Source: Schizochytrium sp. TIO01 (lineage: Eukaryota; Protista; Bigyra: Labyrinthulomycetes). From it: a DNA stretch of 64,000 nt. Within the stretch, counting starts at the first letter, position 1, and every line of letters begins with the position of its first letter. Made by a program: the position numbers and the translations under genes. The DNA lies in contig SMSO01000031.1 in the NCBI GenBank assembly GCA_004764695.1, positions 5,686,761-5,750,760 of the forward strand, in the 5' to 3' direction. Positions 48,701-63,700 of this stretch are shown here, piece by piece. The notes beneath the pieces are model-generated. The model was not told the origin of the DNA and ran no database searches. It saw only the letters and a list, made by a program, of their open reading frames with translations.

Positions 48701-51700
48701 GCATCTAGACTACTGACCCCAGAGATTGCGGACCCGACAAATGACACACTTTCGATCACAACACTTCCAATAGTAGAGGAGATAGCAAGAGAAGTTGCAC
48801 CTGAATGAACGATTGATGCTAAATCTGAGGCAAAGCTCAGGCTTTGGTCAACGCTTACCGAGGTTACTCCTTCCATAGACCCAGCGTTCATCGTAATACC
48901 TTCCACGATTATATTGCCTCCAGAAATCAAACTCAGGTCTTGCCCAGCACCCCCAGTATGAATTATTGATTGAGATGATGAAGAACTGAAAATTAAACTT
49001 GCAATTTGGATGTCAACGTTCCCTTCTGCAGTTGTCAAATCTCCAGTCATGGCAACACTCGCGACTCCTGAAAGTCCTGCATTATTGATTGTAACTCCTT
49101 GAGTAATAAGATTTCCACCTGATGATATAATTAAGTCCTCTCCAGAACCACCTGTGTGAGCGATAGCTTGACTTGATGTTGAACTTAATGTTATATGTCC
49201 TAAACCAAGCTCAAGTCCTCCAGATGACGAAGAAATGTCACCACTCGCACTTATTGAAGATACCGAAGACAGTGCTCCTGAATTTACTGAAACACCCTCC
49301 AGAATGAGGTCTCCCAAGCTTGATATAGACAACGAGGTCGTTCCTGTATGGGAAATAGTAGCGGTTGCACCTGTCAGTTCAAAGGAGTTAGTGAGAGAAA
49401 GTGAGGAAATAGCTGAAACAGAACTACTTTGGAACAGTACCCCCTCGACTTCAACACCTCCACCTGAGGTTATATCAAGGAGAGAGCTATCAGCATGGGT
49501 AATTGATTGGCCTCCTACCTTGGCAAGGAGAATATTTGTCCCTGATATGGAGAGATCTCCTGACATGGTGAAGCTTTGAACACCCGATACAGCACTGTCG
49601 CTGATTGTAACACTATCAAGCACAAGATCACCGCCAGAAGTGATACTCAAAGTGGATGCATCATCATGGATGATACCTTGTGCTCCAGCTCTGGACAACA
49701 GTATATCACCTCCGGAGTTAGTCAAGTCAGATGTCATATGTAAAGAAGTGACATCAGAAATTGCTTGGTCACTCAGGCTCACACCCTCTATGACCACATC
49801 TCCAGAGTTACTAGTGATAGAGAGAGAACTACTTCCAGTGTGAAGAATAGAAGAAGAATTAGCTAAGAATGTGAGGTCGCCACTAAGCGAAACGTCAACC
49901 ATGTCAGAAATGCTTCCCGCTGCAATTGTGACACCTTGAACCACCACATTTCCCCCTGACGCGATTGTCAAATCAGCCCCGGATCCTCCCGTATGAGTGA
50001 TAGTTTGAGACCCAGTCGAAGTTAGTGCAATGCTTCCTTCGCTGCTTAATTCTCCCAGGAGTGAGAGAGTCGAAACTCCAGAAATGGCACCATCATTGAT
50101 CGTTACACTTTCTGCAACTAAATCTCCACCTGAAGTAATAGCTAGTGTAGATGCATCACTGTGAGTTATGAATTGTTGTCCTGCTCCGCTTAAAACAATC
50201 CCACCCCCTATATTAGAAGACGTAACATCTCCAGAAGTTGTAAGTGACGCAACTTCCGAAATAGCTCCATTATCAAACAAAATATTCTCAATACTAACTG
50301 TACCGATTGTAGAGCTAATAGATAACGTAGTAGCACCAGAATGAATAAGAGCAACAGAATTGCCAGTCATAGTCAGCGTCTGATCCACGCTTAATGTTTG
50401 GATTCCAGAAATCTGCCCGTCATCGATAGTAATCGTTTCTAAAATTACGTTTCCACCAGATGATATCGCCAAGTCCGCACCTGAACCCCCAGAGTGGATA
50501 ATTTGTTGGGAAAATGCTGATTCAAGAATAATATTCCCTGCCTCAAGCTTCAAATTCCCTGTGGTAGATGACAAAGTACTCGACATTGACAGAGTTGATA
50601 TACCACTTATGGCAGTACCATCAAAAGTAATCTCTTCAACTAGTACATTCCCTCCAGAGCTAATACGAAGATCTTCCCCAGAGCCCCCACCATGGGTAAT
50701 TTCTTGGGAGGTCGTTGCTTGAAAGAGTAAATTGCCTGACTGCAAAATGAAGCCTCCGTTAGAAATACTTAGAGTATCGGACATATTTAGTGTAGATATC
50801 CCAGAGACAGCTCCTTCATCGACGACCACATTTTCCAAGAGCAAAAGTCCTGATGAGCTAACAAGTGATAATGATGTAGCCCCAGTATGAGAGATGAGCG
50901 CGGCGTCTTTTGCGAGAATAAGATCACCATCCATTGCGAGTGTCTGAAGATTTGAAAGTTCTCCGCTAAGAAATGTTATGCCTTCTATGACAACGCCACC
51001 CGTGGAAGAAATATCTAGCTCGCTGGAATCTTGATGAACAATAGCCTGTGCACCAGTGGCACTTAAAACAATATTTCCAGCTGTATTCGTAAAGTCTCCT
51101 GTCATGGACAAGCTAGAGACTGCGGAAACATTGCCCGCACTTAGACGAACACCATTTACTACAACATCACCCCCAGATGCAATGGCCAGGTCGCTGGTAT
51201 GAGGATGGCTAATTGATTGAGTGTCAGCTTTCGATAGCAGAATCTCCCCGTTCGAGCTAGTAAGATCTCCGGATAAGGTAAGGTCCGAAATACCACCCAC
51301 ACTGTTTGTGTTAAAAATCACTCCTTCGATGTTAACATTTCCCCCAGAGGATACACTTAAATCTGCACCATCATCGCCAATATGAGCAATGTTTTGAGCT
51401 TCCGTTGATTGCAGACTAATCTGTCCGGAAACAAGTGCAAGATCTCCTCCGCTCACAGTTAGTGAGTTACTCATTTGAAGAGTTGTAATACCAGAAACTG
51501 CCCCTCCATTTAATGTCACATCTTCTACAAGAACATCTCCTCCAGAGGATATCTGGAGGGATGAAGCCTCTGGGTGAGAAATTGTTTGAGAGCCCACCCC
51601 ACTAAGAACGAAATCCCCCGCACTGTTCGTAAGTGTTCCAAATAAGCTCAAATTGCCAAGGCCTGAGATATCTTGGTCTGCAAAAGTCACTGCTTCGATT

Positions 51701-54700
51701 GTAACTGTTCCAGAGGTTGATGCGATATTTAGGCCAGTTGTACCTGAATGAGTGAAGCTAGCCAAATTTTTACTGAGAAACACATCATCTGATGCGACAA
51801 TAGAAGTAATACCAGATAAGGAACCAGCATCCATTGTTATGCTGTCGACGATGACGATACCATTTGATGAAGAAATTGAAAATGAGGTTGATCCAGTATG
51901 GAGAATGCTCGCAGACGAGCCACTCAAGTAAAGAGTATCAGAGAGAAAAAATTCTGAAACGCCACTCATAGTTGAATCAGCATGGGTCACCCCAGAAACT
52001 ATTACATTCCCACCTGAGCTGATCGTTAGATCTTCTCCAAGGCCTCCAGCATGAGTAATTAGCTGACTTTGAGAACTTGTTAACTCAATATTGCCACCAG
52101 ATACGGATAGGTCGCTGCTTAATGCAAGGGATGTAATGGCAGATAAAGCCTGCCCATCAAAAAGAATACCCTCAATTTCAACCGAACCAAACGTAGACGT
52201 AATACTTAGAGAAGTTGCCCCAGTGTGTACTATGTCTGCAATATCTTCTGTAAGGGTGAGGGACCCGGAGGTTTCGAGGTTTGAAACTCCAAGCAAAGCC
52301 CCGCTATTCAGGGTTATGCCTTCTACAATGGTATTTCCGGCAGTAGAGCCTATAATAAGATCTCCAGAGCCGCTACCCACGTGAGTAATATGTTGACTAC
52401 TACTAGATGTTAGCTCAATATTGCCTAACCCTGAAGTGAAATCCCCAGAAACGTCCACAGAGCCAGCTGAGGTTATATTGCCTCCAATAAAAGATACGTC
52501 TTCTATTTGCACATATCCAGAAACTGATTCTATAAGAAGAGAGGTGCTGCCTTGGTGGGAGATACCAACCTCATCTCCACTTAAGGCAATACTTCCGCTC
52601 GCCTCAATTTCATTGATGCCTGTTATTGAACCTAGATTAAAACTGATACTTTCTACGATTACATTTCCTCCTGAAGAAAGTGTCAAATCTCCAGCTCCAC
52701 CAGACGCCCCAGTATGAATGATACTCTGAGCACCTGTACTTGAAAGCTTCAGCCCTCCACTTGAGCTTTCCATATCTCCAGAGACAGAGATTGAAGTTGC
52801 CCCACTAATATCACCAGAGTCAAATATTACGTTTTCAACACTAACCGATCCCAGTGTAGAACTGATGCTAACCGAGCATGCACCAGAATGGACAATACTT
52901 GAAGTATCTTCACTCAAAGTCAACAATGTCCCTAGAGAAATCTCGCTCAAACCATCTAGCGTTGTTGAGCTAAATGTCGCGCCCTCGATTGCAACAGTGC
53001 CAAACGTTGAACCTATAGCCAACCCAGTAGCTCCCGCATGTGTAATCATAGCACTGTCAGCAGAAAACTCCAGTTGCGAAGTAAGTGAAGCACTCTCTAC
53101 ACCAGTAATCACACTCTCTGCTATAGTCACCCCATCAATCTGAACGTTCCCACCAGAAGATGCAATCACAAGATCAGATCCAATGCCACCTGTATGAAGA
53201 ATGGACTGCGAACCAGTACTAGATAAAATCATGTTCCCACCCTCCATTACCAAATTATCTGTCATATCGATGTTTGAAACTCCAGATAGTCCATTGGAAT
53301 TGATTGTTAAATCTTCAATTTGAACTGTACCACTAGTTGAGGCAATGAGTAATGCTGTCGTTCCAGAATGAATAACATTAGACGTTGCTTGTGTCAATGT
53401 AATGTCTCCATTCACCTCAAGACTTGTTACTCCATTTACAGAGCCGCCATCAAACGAGACAGACTCGACAGAAACAGTGCCTAATGCTGAGCTTATGGAA
53501 AGAGAAGTAGATCCGGTGTGTGAAATAAATGATGTATCTCCTCCAAAATCGATTGAACCAAAAAGTCCAACAGAATCCACATTCGAGATACTATGGTTGT
53601 CGAATACCACGCTTTCGATAGCAACCGTTCCAGAATCAGAGAGGACATTCAAGGCAGTCCCCCCTGTGTGTCTAATGACTCCAAGATCCGCAGAAACTGT
53701 CAAAGAGCTTTCCAACGACAGCATGCTAACACCGTCTACGCTTCCTGAAGCATCGATCATTACACCCTGAATAACAACATCCCCACCTGAATTTATTTCA
53801 AAATTTTCGCCTGAGTCTCCGACATGCATAATCCCCTGTGCTGCTGTACTTGAAAGCACAATGTTGCCGGTGGAAACTTCGATTGGGCCAACTGCAAAAA
53901 GCTCCTTAACACCATTGACTTGACCATTTTCGAAAGTGATCCCTTCCACCTCTACTGTTCCAGCGTTTGAAGAAATTAACAAGGAATTTACCCCAAAGTG
54001 CGAAATGACAGCATCATCTGAAATAAAGCTAAGCTCACCGCTAATCTCCAAATCTACAATGCCTGTAAGATCTCCATTATTTACTGTCACGTCATCCACT
54101 ATAACATTCCCACCCGAGTTGATGAGCAAATCCTCTCCAACTCCCCCAACATGAGTAATACTCTGCGACAATGTACTGCTCAGCGAAATACTTCCACCAC
54201 TACTCTCAATCGTCCCAGATGCAACCATACTACCAACACCAGAAACACTATCCCCATCAAACACCACATCTTCAATACCCACCGTTCCTGATGTTGAAAT
54301 AATACTCAAAGATGTACTTCCGCTGTGAACAAACTCTGCAGAACCCGACGACATCTCCAGATCTCCAGACATCCCCAGACTCGAGACCCCCGACACAGCA
54401 CCGCTCTCCATTGTTACACCGTCAACAACAACATTGCCACCTGAGCTGATCAAAAAATCTGATCCGCTACCACCAACATGATTCAGTGACTGCGAGGCAC
54501 TGGAGCTCAGCGATATATCACTCGCAATGTCAAGCGTCGATATACCACTCACAGCACCGCCATTCACAACAACGTCCTCAACTTGTACATAGCCTGAGCT
54601 CGAGCTTACTTCGAGAGATGTCGCACCGCTATGCACAATGCTAGTGACATCTTTGGATAGACTCAGGTCATCGCTCATTGACAGTGTACTCACACCTGAC

Positions 54701-57700
54701 ACCGCACCTCCATTGAATACGATATCCTCAATACCTACCGTGCCAGATGTAGACACAACAGAGAGTGACGTCGTGCCACTATGTGTAATGTACGCTGTAT
54801 CAGCACTGAGACTCACCGGCCCACTCGCGGATATACCGCCAACGCCACTCAGTGCACCTCCATTCACGGTCATGCCGTTTACAATGACATTGCCACCAGA
54901 GCTGATGTCCAAATCTGCTCCTGTGCCACCATTATGAGTAATGGATTGTCCAAGAGAGCTCGCCATGAGTAGACTACCGGCAGAGTTTGTTAGGTCACCA
55001 CTCATTCCAAGATCACCCACTGAAGACACGTCGGTGGCGTCAAACGTGATACCCTCAATAGCTACATTGCCCCCAGATGAGATCAGTAGCTGGCTACCAG
55101 TGCCACCAGTGTGTGTGATAGCTTGCGAGCTTGTCGAAGCAAGAAGCAAACTTCCAGCAGAGGTGGTGAAGTCGCTGGTCATAGTCAAGGTTGAAACACC
55201 ATCGACAGCGGTGCCTGTAAAGGTGACGTCCTCGACTGCAACAAAGCCAGACGCCGACTCGATAGTCAACGACGTAGCGCCTGTATGCAAGATTTGTGCT
55301 TCATCTTTAGAGAGCACCAAGTCATCCGAACTGTCAACCCCGGACGCTCCAGAAATAAAACCGTCCTTCAAGGTAACCCCATTGATTACAACATTGCCTC
55401 CAGACCCGATTGTGAGGTCCTCGCCAGACCCACCTGTATGTGTAATGGCTTGTGCTAGAGAAGAGGCCAGCAAGACATTCCCTGCACTATTCGACAGGTC
55501 TCCACTCATGCTCATCTCACCTATGGAAGAAACCGATGTCCCATCAAAAATGACATCTTCCACCAACACACTTCCACTTTGCGAGCTTACGCTCAAAGAT
55601 GTGGTACCAGTATGAAGAATTGAGCTCGTATCTTTAGTCATCGCCAAATCATCATCCATGGTCACGGCCTGCACACCAGTCATTGTGCCATGATCGATAG
55701 TGATCCCGTTGATTACAACATTGGCACCAGAGCTAATAGTGAGATCTTCACCTGCGCTACCCGTGTGCGTGATGGCTTGACTACTTGCAGATGCAAGGAA
55801 TATATTGCCAGTATCAATACTGAGATCACTGGACATCTCTGCCGATGCAATGCCTGTGAGAACTCCATTTTTCACAGTGACCCCATTCACGACAATATTT
55901 CCAGCTTGAGAACTGATCAAGAAGTCTTGGCCGGCTCCTCCCGTGTGCGTGATTGCCTGAGACAGCGAGCTTGTAAGGTAGAGATTGCCAGAAGAAGATG
56001 AAATATCGCCTGACACTGAGATTGTCGATATCGAAGAAATACTTTGACCATCAAAGACAACGTCTTCAATTTGCACGGTTCCTAACGTCGATGAAAGTGC
56101 TAGAGATGTAGCTCCAGAATGCTGGATACGCGCAGTGTCTTTTGAGAGCGAAGCATCGTCACTCATGGTGATGCTGGTGACTCCAGACAGTGCTCCAGAG
56201 TTGTGCACTATGCCATTGATAACGACATTGGCTCCGGAAGATATAGTGAGATCTTGTCCTGTCGAGCCTGAATGAGTAATTGCTTGTGCACCTGAGCTGG
56301 ATAGTAGAAAGTTGCCTGTTGCAATGGTAAGAGATTCTTCTATTGCAAGATTTGCCACGCCACTAATATCGCCTTGGTCAATAGTAATGCCTTCGAGAAG
56401 GACAGAGCCTCCCGATTCAATTGTGAGACCTTCGCCAGCATCACCCGTGTGGACGATGCCTTGAGCTACAGTTGAGGTGAGCAAAATGTTGCCTAATGAT
56501 AGTTCGAGCATTCCCTCCATTTCGATTGTGGTAATACCAGAGATGTTGGATTCCTGAAAAAAAACATTCTCGATCGCAACAGTACCTGTAGATGAGGAAA
56601 TCTCGAAACCAGTTGCTCCCGAGTGAATCAATCGAGAAAGGTCGTCTGAAACTGTGAGTTCACCGGACATTGAAATATCTTGTATTCCTGAAATATTTCC
56701 TCCCTTCATTGTGACATCATTAACAACCACATTTCCATTCGAGGATATTGACAAGCCCGATGTAGTTGTTCCGGTATGGAGAATCGATTGAGAACCAGAG
56801 GAGCTCAGAACTAAGGAACCATCAGCCATTGTCAGATCTGAAGTCATGGACAAAGAACTTATTCCTGATACTGCGCCTGTCAACGAATGTGCAACTCCAT
56901 TTATCTCAACATTTCCACCTGAAGAGATTATGAAATCCCCGCCTGAAACTGAGCCCGTATGTGCAATATGTTGATCGTTTGTTGAATCAAGATAGATATT
57001 TCCATCAGAGTTTCTAAGTTGTCCAGACATTGACATATCTACGATACTATCCATACTACCACTGGCAAATTGAACAGAGTTAATATTAACATTTCCACCC
57101 GATGAGATGCTAAGATCTTCTCCTGCAGCACCCGTATGGGCAATAGTTGCAGCAGAGACTGTTTGGAGCTCAATAGTTCCTGCAGTAGAAAGAAATGACC
57201 CTGAAATAGAGAGATTTGATACTCCAGACACTTCGTTGCTATTAAACGCAACACCTTCAATGATTGAGGCCCCTGTAGCTGACGAGACAAAAAAGTCACC
57301 GGATCCAGTATGTTCGAGCACAGAGTCTGCTCCACTTATTGAAATAGAATTTGCAATTTCAACCGTTTCGATGCCATTAACGTAACCATTCTGAAAGGTA
57401 ACATCTTCAACAGTGACAACCCCACTAATGGACACAATTTGCAGTTGGGAGGCTCCAGAATGCAGTATCTGCGTATTGTCATCGACAAACTCGAGTGAGG
57501 ATGAGGCTGTAAGTGAATCGATCCCGGTCACAACTCCATCAGCAAATGTAGTACCATCAATGACTACATTTCCTCCAGACATAAGGCTCAAATCTGCTCC
57601 TACGCCTCCGGAATGACTGATTCGTTGCCCTAAATTGTTGACAAGCAAAATGTTCCCAGAACCAATAATTAAATCATCATTGATACTAGCACTCCCGATT

Positions 57701-60700
57701 TCGCTGACATCCCCGTTATTAAAGGTTACTCCTTCAACACTCACTATTCCTAATGTAGATGCAATATCGAGCGCTGTTGACCCCGTATGCATCATTTGAG
57801 TGTTCGCATTCGAAAAGGCCAAGTTTCCAGAAAGATCTATGTTTGCAATGCCTGTAAGATCTCCATTATTTACTGTCACGTCATCCACTATAACATTCCC
57901 ACCCGAGTTGATGAGCAAATCCTCTCCAACTCCCCCAACATGAGTAATACTCTGCGACAATGTACTGCTCAGCGAAATACTTCCACCACTACTCTCAATC
58001 GTCCCAGATGCAACCATACTACCAACACCAGAAACACTATCCCCATCAAACACCACATCTTCAATACCCACCGTTCCTGATGTTGAAATAATGCTCAAAG
58101 ATGTACTTCCGCTGTGAACAAACTCTGCAGAACCCGACGACATCTCCAGATCTCCAGACATCCCCAGACTCGAGACCCCCGACACAGCACCGTTCTCCAT
58201 TGTCACACCGTCAACAACAACATTGCCACCTGAGCTGATCAAAAAATCTGATCCGCTACCACCAACATGATTCAGTGACTGCGAGGCACTGGAGCTCAGC
58301 GATATATCACTCGCAATGTCAAGCGTCGATATACCACTCACAGCACCGCCATTCACAACAACGTCCTCAACTTGTACATAGCCTGAGCTCGAGCTTACTT
58401 CGAGAGATGTCGCACCGCTATGCACAATGCTAGTGACATCTTTGGATAGACTCAGGTCATCGCTCATTGACAGTGTACTCACACCTGACACCGCACCTCC
58501 ATTGAATACGATATCCTCAATACCTACCGTGCCAGATGTAGACACAACAGAGAGTGACGTCGTGCCACTATGTGTAATGTACGCTGTATCAGCACTGAGA
58601 CTCACCGGCCCACTCGCGGATATACCGCCAACGCCACTCAGTGCACCTCCATTCACGGTCATGCCGTTTACAATGACATTGCCACCAGAGCTGATGTCCA
58701 AATCTGCTCCTGTGCCACCATTATGAGTAATGGATTGTCCAAGAGAGCTCGTCATGAGTAGACTACCGGCAGAGTTTGTTAGGTCACCACTCATTCCAAG
58801 ATCACCCACTGAAGACACATCGGTAGCGTCAAACGTGATACCCTCAATAGCTACATTGCCCCCAGATGAGATCAGTAGCTGGCTACCAGTGCCACCAGTG
58901 TGTGTGATAGCTTGCGAGCTTGTCGAAGCAAGAAGCAAACTTCCAGCAGAGGTGGTGAAGTCGCTGGTCATAGTCAAGGTTGAAACACCATCGACAGCGG
59001 TGCCTGTAAAGGTGACGTCCTCGACTGCAACAAAACCAGACGTCGATTCGATAGTCAACGACGTAGCGCCTGTGTGCAAGATTTGCGCTTCGTCACTTGT
59101 GAGAGTAAAAGCATTTGCTGTTTCTAGGTTAGAAACGCCTGAAATTTCACCATCACTTATAGTCATGCCGCTGATTACAACATTGCCTCCGGAGTCGATT
59201 GTGAGGTCCTCCCCGGACCCACCGGTATGCGTAATTGTTTGTGCTAGCGACGAAGTTAACAGAATATTTCCAGATTGAATAGAAAGGTCGCTTTGCATAT
59301 TAATCAAAGAGATGCCGAAAAGGTTTCCGTCTTTAGTTGTAACACCATTGAATACTATATTTCCTCCTGAAGAAATAAAAAGGTCTTCGCCAGAACTTCC
59401 ATCATGTAAGATGCTTTGCGAGTTTGAGCTTCCTAGGTAGATATTTCCTGACGACACAGTCAAATCGTCTGCCATTGTGAGAGTGGTCACTGAAGAAATG
59501 TCTGAACCAGTAAACGCTACGCCTTCGACGAAAACACAACCCTGCGAAGAGCCAATGTATAAATCTGCTGTACCGGTGTGAATTACATTTGCCGATGCTT
59601 TACTCATTGTAATATCATCAGACATGTCAAGGGAGCTTACACCAGACACCATACTACCAACAAAGGAAACGTTCTCAATAGCTACAGATCCTAATGTTGA
59701 AACAATCGAGAGACCTGTAGAACCAGAATGCGTCAATAGAGCACCGTCATTTTGTAAAATCAGAGATCCACTCATCGAAAAGTCGGACACGCCAGAAATG
59801 ACATTGGTATTAAAGCTCACACCTTCAATGTCAACATTACCTCCAGACATAATAGTAAAATCGCTTCCAACGCCTCCAGAATGTTCAAGAAATTGAGATT
59901 CTGTTGAAGTCAAGAGGATATTTCCTGCGGTCCCGGTCAAATCTTCCGAAAAAGTAAGCGAACTAACTCCGCTCAAAGCAGAATTAGAGATCGAGATTCC
60001 CTCAATACTGATTAAACCTGCAGAAGAGCTAAGAGAAAGTCTGGTTGCACCAGAATGATGAATTGATGCTAAATCACTAGTGAACTCTAAATCTCCGCTT
60101 TGGGAGATACCAGTTACTCCTGAAAGGGAACCACTGTTCATGGTTACGTCTTGAAGAATCACGTTTCCACCAGACAAGATAGAGAGGTCGCTTCCAACGC
60201 CTCCTGAATGACTAATCTGCTGAGCTCCTGAACTTCCAAGAAGAATACTTCCATTTGCAATATTCATATTGTTGAGGATTGAAGCAGTATGAATGCCATT
60301 CAAACTATTATTGTCGAAGGTCACGCCTTCTACAATCACAAAACCTGCAGTGGATTCAATACTGAGCTCTGTCGTGCCAGTATGTTGAATGTTAGCGACA
60401 TCTCCTTCTAAGATCAGGGAGGAATCAACTATGATGCCTCCAACACCACTGATCAGATCGTCAGCAAACGTGATTTGCTCGACCTGTACAACTCCAACAG
60501 ACGAGGTTATTAAGAGTTCATTCGAGCCCGTATGTCTTAGCGAAGAGCTAGGACCACCTAAGGAAATTTCACTTTCTACATCAAGGTTTTGCACACCCAA
60601 AACATTTCCGCTAGAAACTGTGACGCTTTGCATAATCACATTCCCAAAACTGGATGAAATATTCAGATCCTCTCCAGCTCCTCCGACGTGAGAGATTGCC

Positions 60701-63700
60701 TGTCCACTTGTTGAAGACATCAAAATATTACCGCTATCAATATTCAATGACCCAGCCATAGACAATTCGCTTATACTAGATAAATCACTCGTAGGACCGA
60801 TGGATACCCCATTTATCACTACGTTTCCACCAGAAGTGATATCTAGGTCATTTCCTACGCCACCAACATGCGCAATAGATGCTTCAGATGAGCTATCCAA
60901 TACAATATTTCCGCTTTCAGATATAATATCTCCTGCTGCAGTGAAAGTTTGAACGTTGGAAACATTGCCACCATTAAACAATACGTCATCCACTAATATA
61001 GCACCAAACAAAGATGATATTGATAGAGAAGTAGTTCCACTGTGTACAATATTTGATACATCTTGTGACATAGACCAGTCACCTGACATAGCAAAGTTCT
61101 CTACTCCCTCCAAAGAGGCCTCTGAAAACGTCACTCCTTCAAGAACCACATTTCCATTCACAGAATCTATGGAAAAATCATTTCCAGAGTCTCCATAGTG
61201 TGTCATTTCTTGCGAAGACGTGGAACTAAATAGTATATTCCCAGACCTAATTTCTATGTCGCCAGTCATACTGATACTAGAAATTCCATCCATGGCCGAA
61301 TTCTCTACCGTCACGCCATCCACTATAACATTGCCACCCGAGTTGATGAACAAATCCTCTCCAACTCCCCCAACATGAGTAATACTCTGCGACAATGTAC
61401 TGCTCAGCGAAATACTTCCACCACTACTCTCAATCGTCCCAGATGCAACCATACTACCAACACCAGAAACACTATCCCCATCAAACACCACATCTTCAAT
61501 ACCCACCGTTCCTGATGTTGAAATAATGCTCAAAGATGTACTTCCGCTGTGAACAAACTCTGCAGAACCCGACGACATCTCCAGATCTCCAGACATCCCC
61601 AGACTCGAGACCCCCGACACAGCACCGTTCTCCATTGTCACACCGTCAACAACAACATTGCCACCTGAGCTGATCAAAAAATCTGATCCGCTACCACCAA
61701 CATGATTCAGTGACTGCGAGGCACTGGAGCTCAGCGATATATCACTCGCAATGTCAAGCGTCGATATACCACTCACAGCACCGCCATTCACAACAACGTC
61801 CTCAACTTGTACATAGCCTGAGCTCGAGCTTACTTCGAGAGATGTCGCACCGCTATGCACAATGCTAGTGACATCTTTGGATAGACTCAGGTCATCGCTC
61901 ATTGACAGTGTACTCACACCTGACACCGCACCTCCATTGAATACGATATCCTCAATACCTACCGTGCCAGATGTAGACACAACAGAGAGTGACGTCGTGC
62001 CACTATGTGTAATGTACGCTGTATCAGCACTGAGACTCACCGGCCCACTCGCGGATATACCGCCAACGCCACTCAGTGCACCTCCATTCACGGTCATGCC
62101 GTTTACAATGACATTGCCACCAGAGCTGATGTCCAAATCTGCTCCTGTGCCACCATTATGAGTAATGGATTGTCCAAGAGAGCTCGCCATGAGTAGACTA
62201 CCGGCAGAGTTTGTTAGGTCACCACTCATTCCAAGATCACCCACTGAAGACACGTCGGTGGCGTCAAACGTGATACCCTCAATAGCTACATTGCCCCCAG
62301 ATGAGATCAGTAGCTGGCTACCAGTGCCACCAGTGTGTGTGATAGCTTGCGAGCTTGTCGAAGCAAGAAGCAAACTTCCAGCAGAGGTGGTGAAGTCGCT
62401 GGTCATAGTCAAGGTTGAAACACCATCGACAGCGGTGCCTGTAAAGGTGACGTCCTCGACTGCAACAAAGCCAGACGCCGACTCGATAGTCAACGACGTA
62501 GCGCCTGTATGCAAGATTTGTGCTTCATCTTTAGAGAGCACCAAGTCATCCGAACTGTCAACCCCGGACGCTCCAGAAATAAAACCGTCCTTCAAGGTAA
62601 CCCCATTGATTACAACATTGCCTCCAGACCCGATTGTGAGGTCCTCGCCAGACCCACCTGTATGTGTAATGGCTTGTGCTAGAGAAGAGGCCAGCAAGAC
62701 ATTCCCTGCACTATTCGACAGGTCTCCACTCATGCTCATCTCACCTATGGAAGAAACCGATGTCCCATCAAAAATGACATCTTCCACCAACACACTTCCA
62801 CTTTGCGAGCTTACGCTCAAAGATGTGGTACCAGTATGAAGAATTGAGCTCGTATCTTTAGTCATCGCCAAATCATCATCCATGGTCACGGCCTGCACAC
62901 CAGTCATTGTGCCATGATCGATAGTGATCCCGTTGATTACAACATTGGCACCAGAGCTAATAGTGAGATCTTCACCTGCGCTACCCGTGTGCGTGATGGC
63001 TTGACTACTTGCAGATGCAAGGAATATATTGCCAGTATCAATACTGAGATCACTGGACATCTCTGCCGATGCAATGCCTGTGAGAACTCCATTTTTCACA
63101 GTGACCCCATTCACGACAATATTTCCAGCTTGAGAACTGATCAAGAAGTCTTGGCCGGCTCCTCCCGTGTGCGTGATTGCCTGAGACAGCGAGCTTGTAA
63201 GGTAGAGATTGCCAGAAGAAGATGAAATATCGCCTGACACTGAGATTGTCGATATCGAAGAAATACTTTGACCGTCAAAGACAACGTCTTCAATTTGCAC
63301 GGTTCCTAACGTCGATGAAAGTGCTAGAGATGTAGCTCCAGAATGCTGGATACGCGCAGTGTCTTTTGAGAACGAAGCATCGTCACTCATGGTGATGCTG
63401 GTGACTCCAGACAGTGCTCCAGAGTTGTGCACTATGCCATTGATAACGACATTGGCTCCGGAAGATATAGTGAGATCTTGTCCTGTCGAGCCTGAATGAG
63501 CAATTGCTTGTGCACCTGAGCTGGATAGTAGAAAATTACCAAGTGAAAGGGTAGCATCCCCGGAGACAATCTCCAGCTGGCCATTCATAGTTAAATCTGT
63601 CACCCCAGAAATATCAGTCCCATCCATTGTGATCCCCTCTACGGTGACAGAGCTAGCTGAAGAGATTGAGAGTGAACTTGTTCCAGAATGTTCGATTGTT

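Noticed and set aside
36974-63225. Dozens of plus-strand ORFs (up to 315 aa) rich in PPLLIV/TPSAI/APECTI
   Set aside because: Antisense shadows of the giant gene's repetitive codons. They repeat with the same periods and mostly lack ATG starts.
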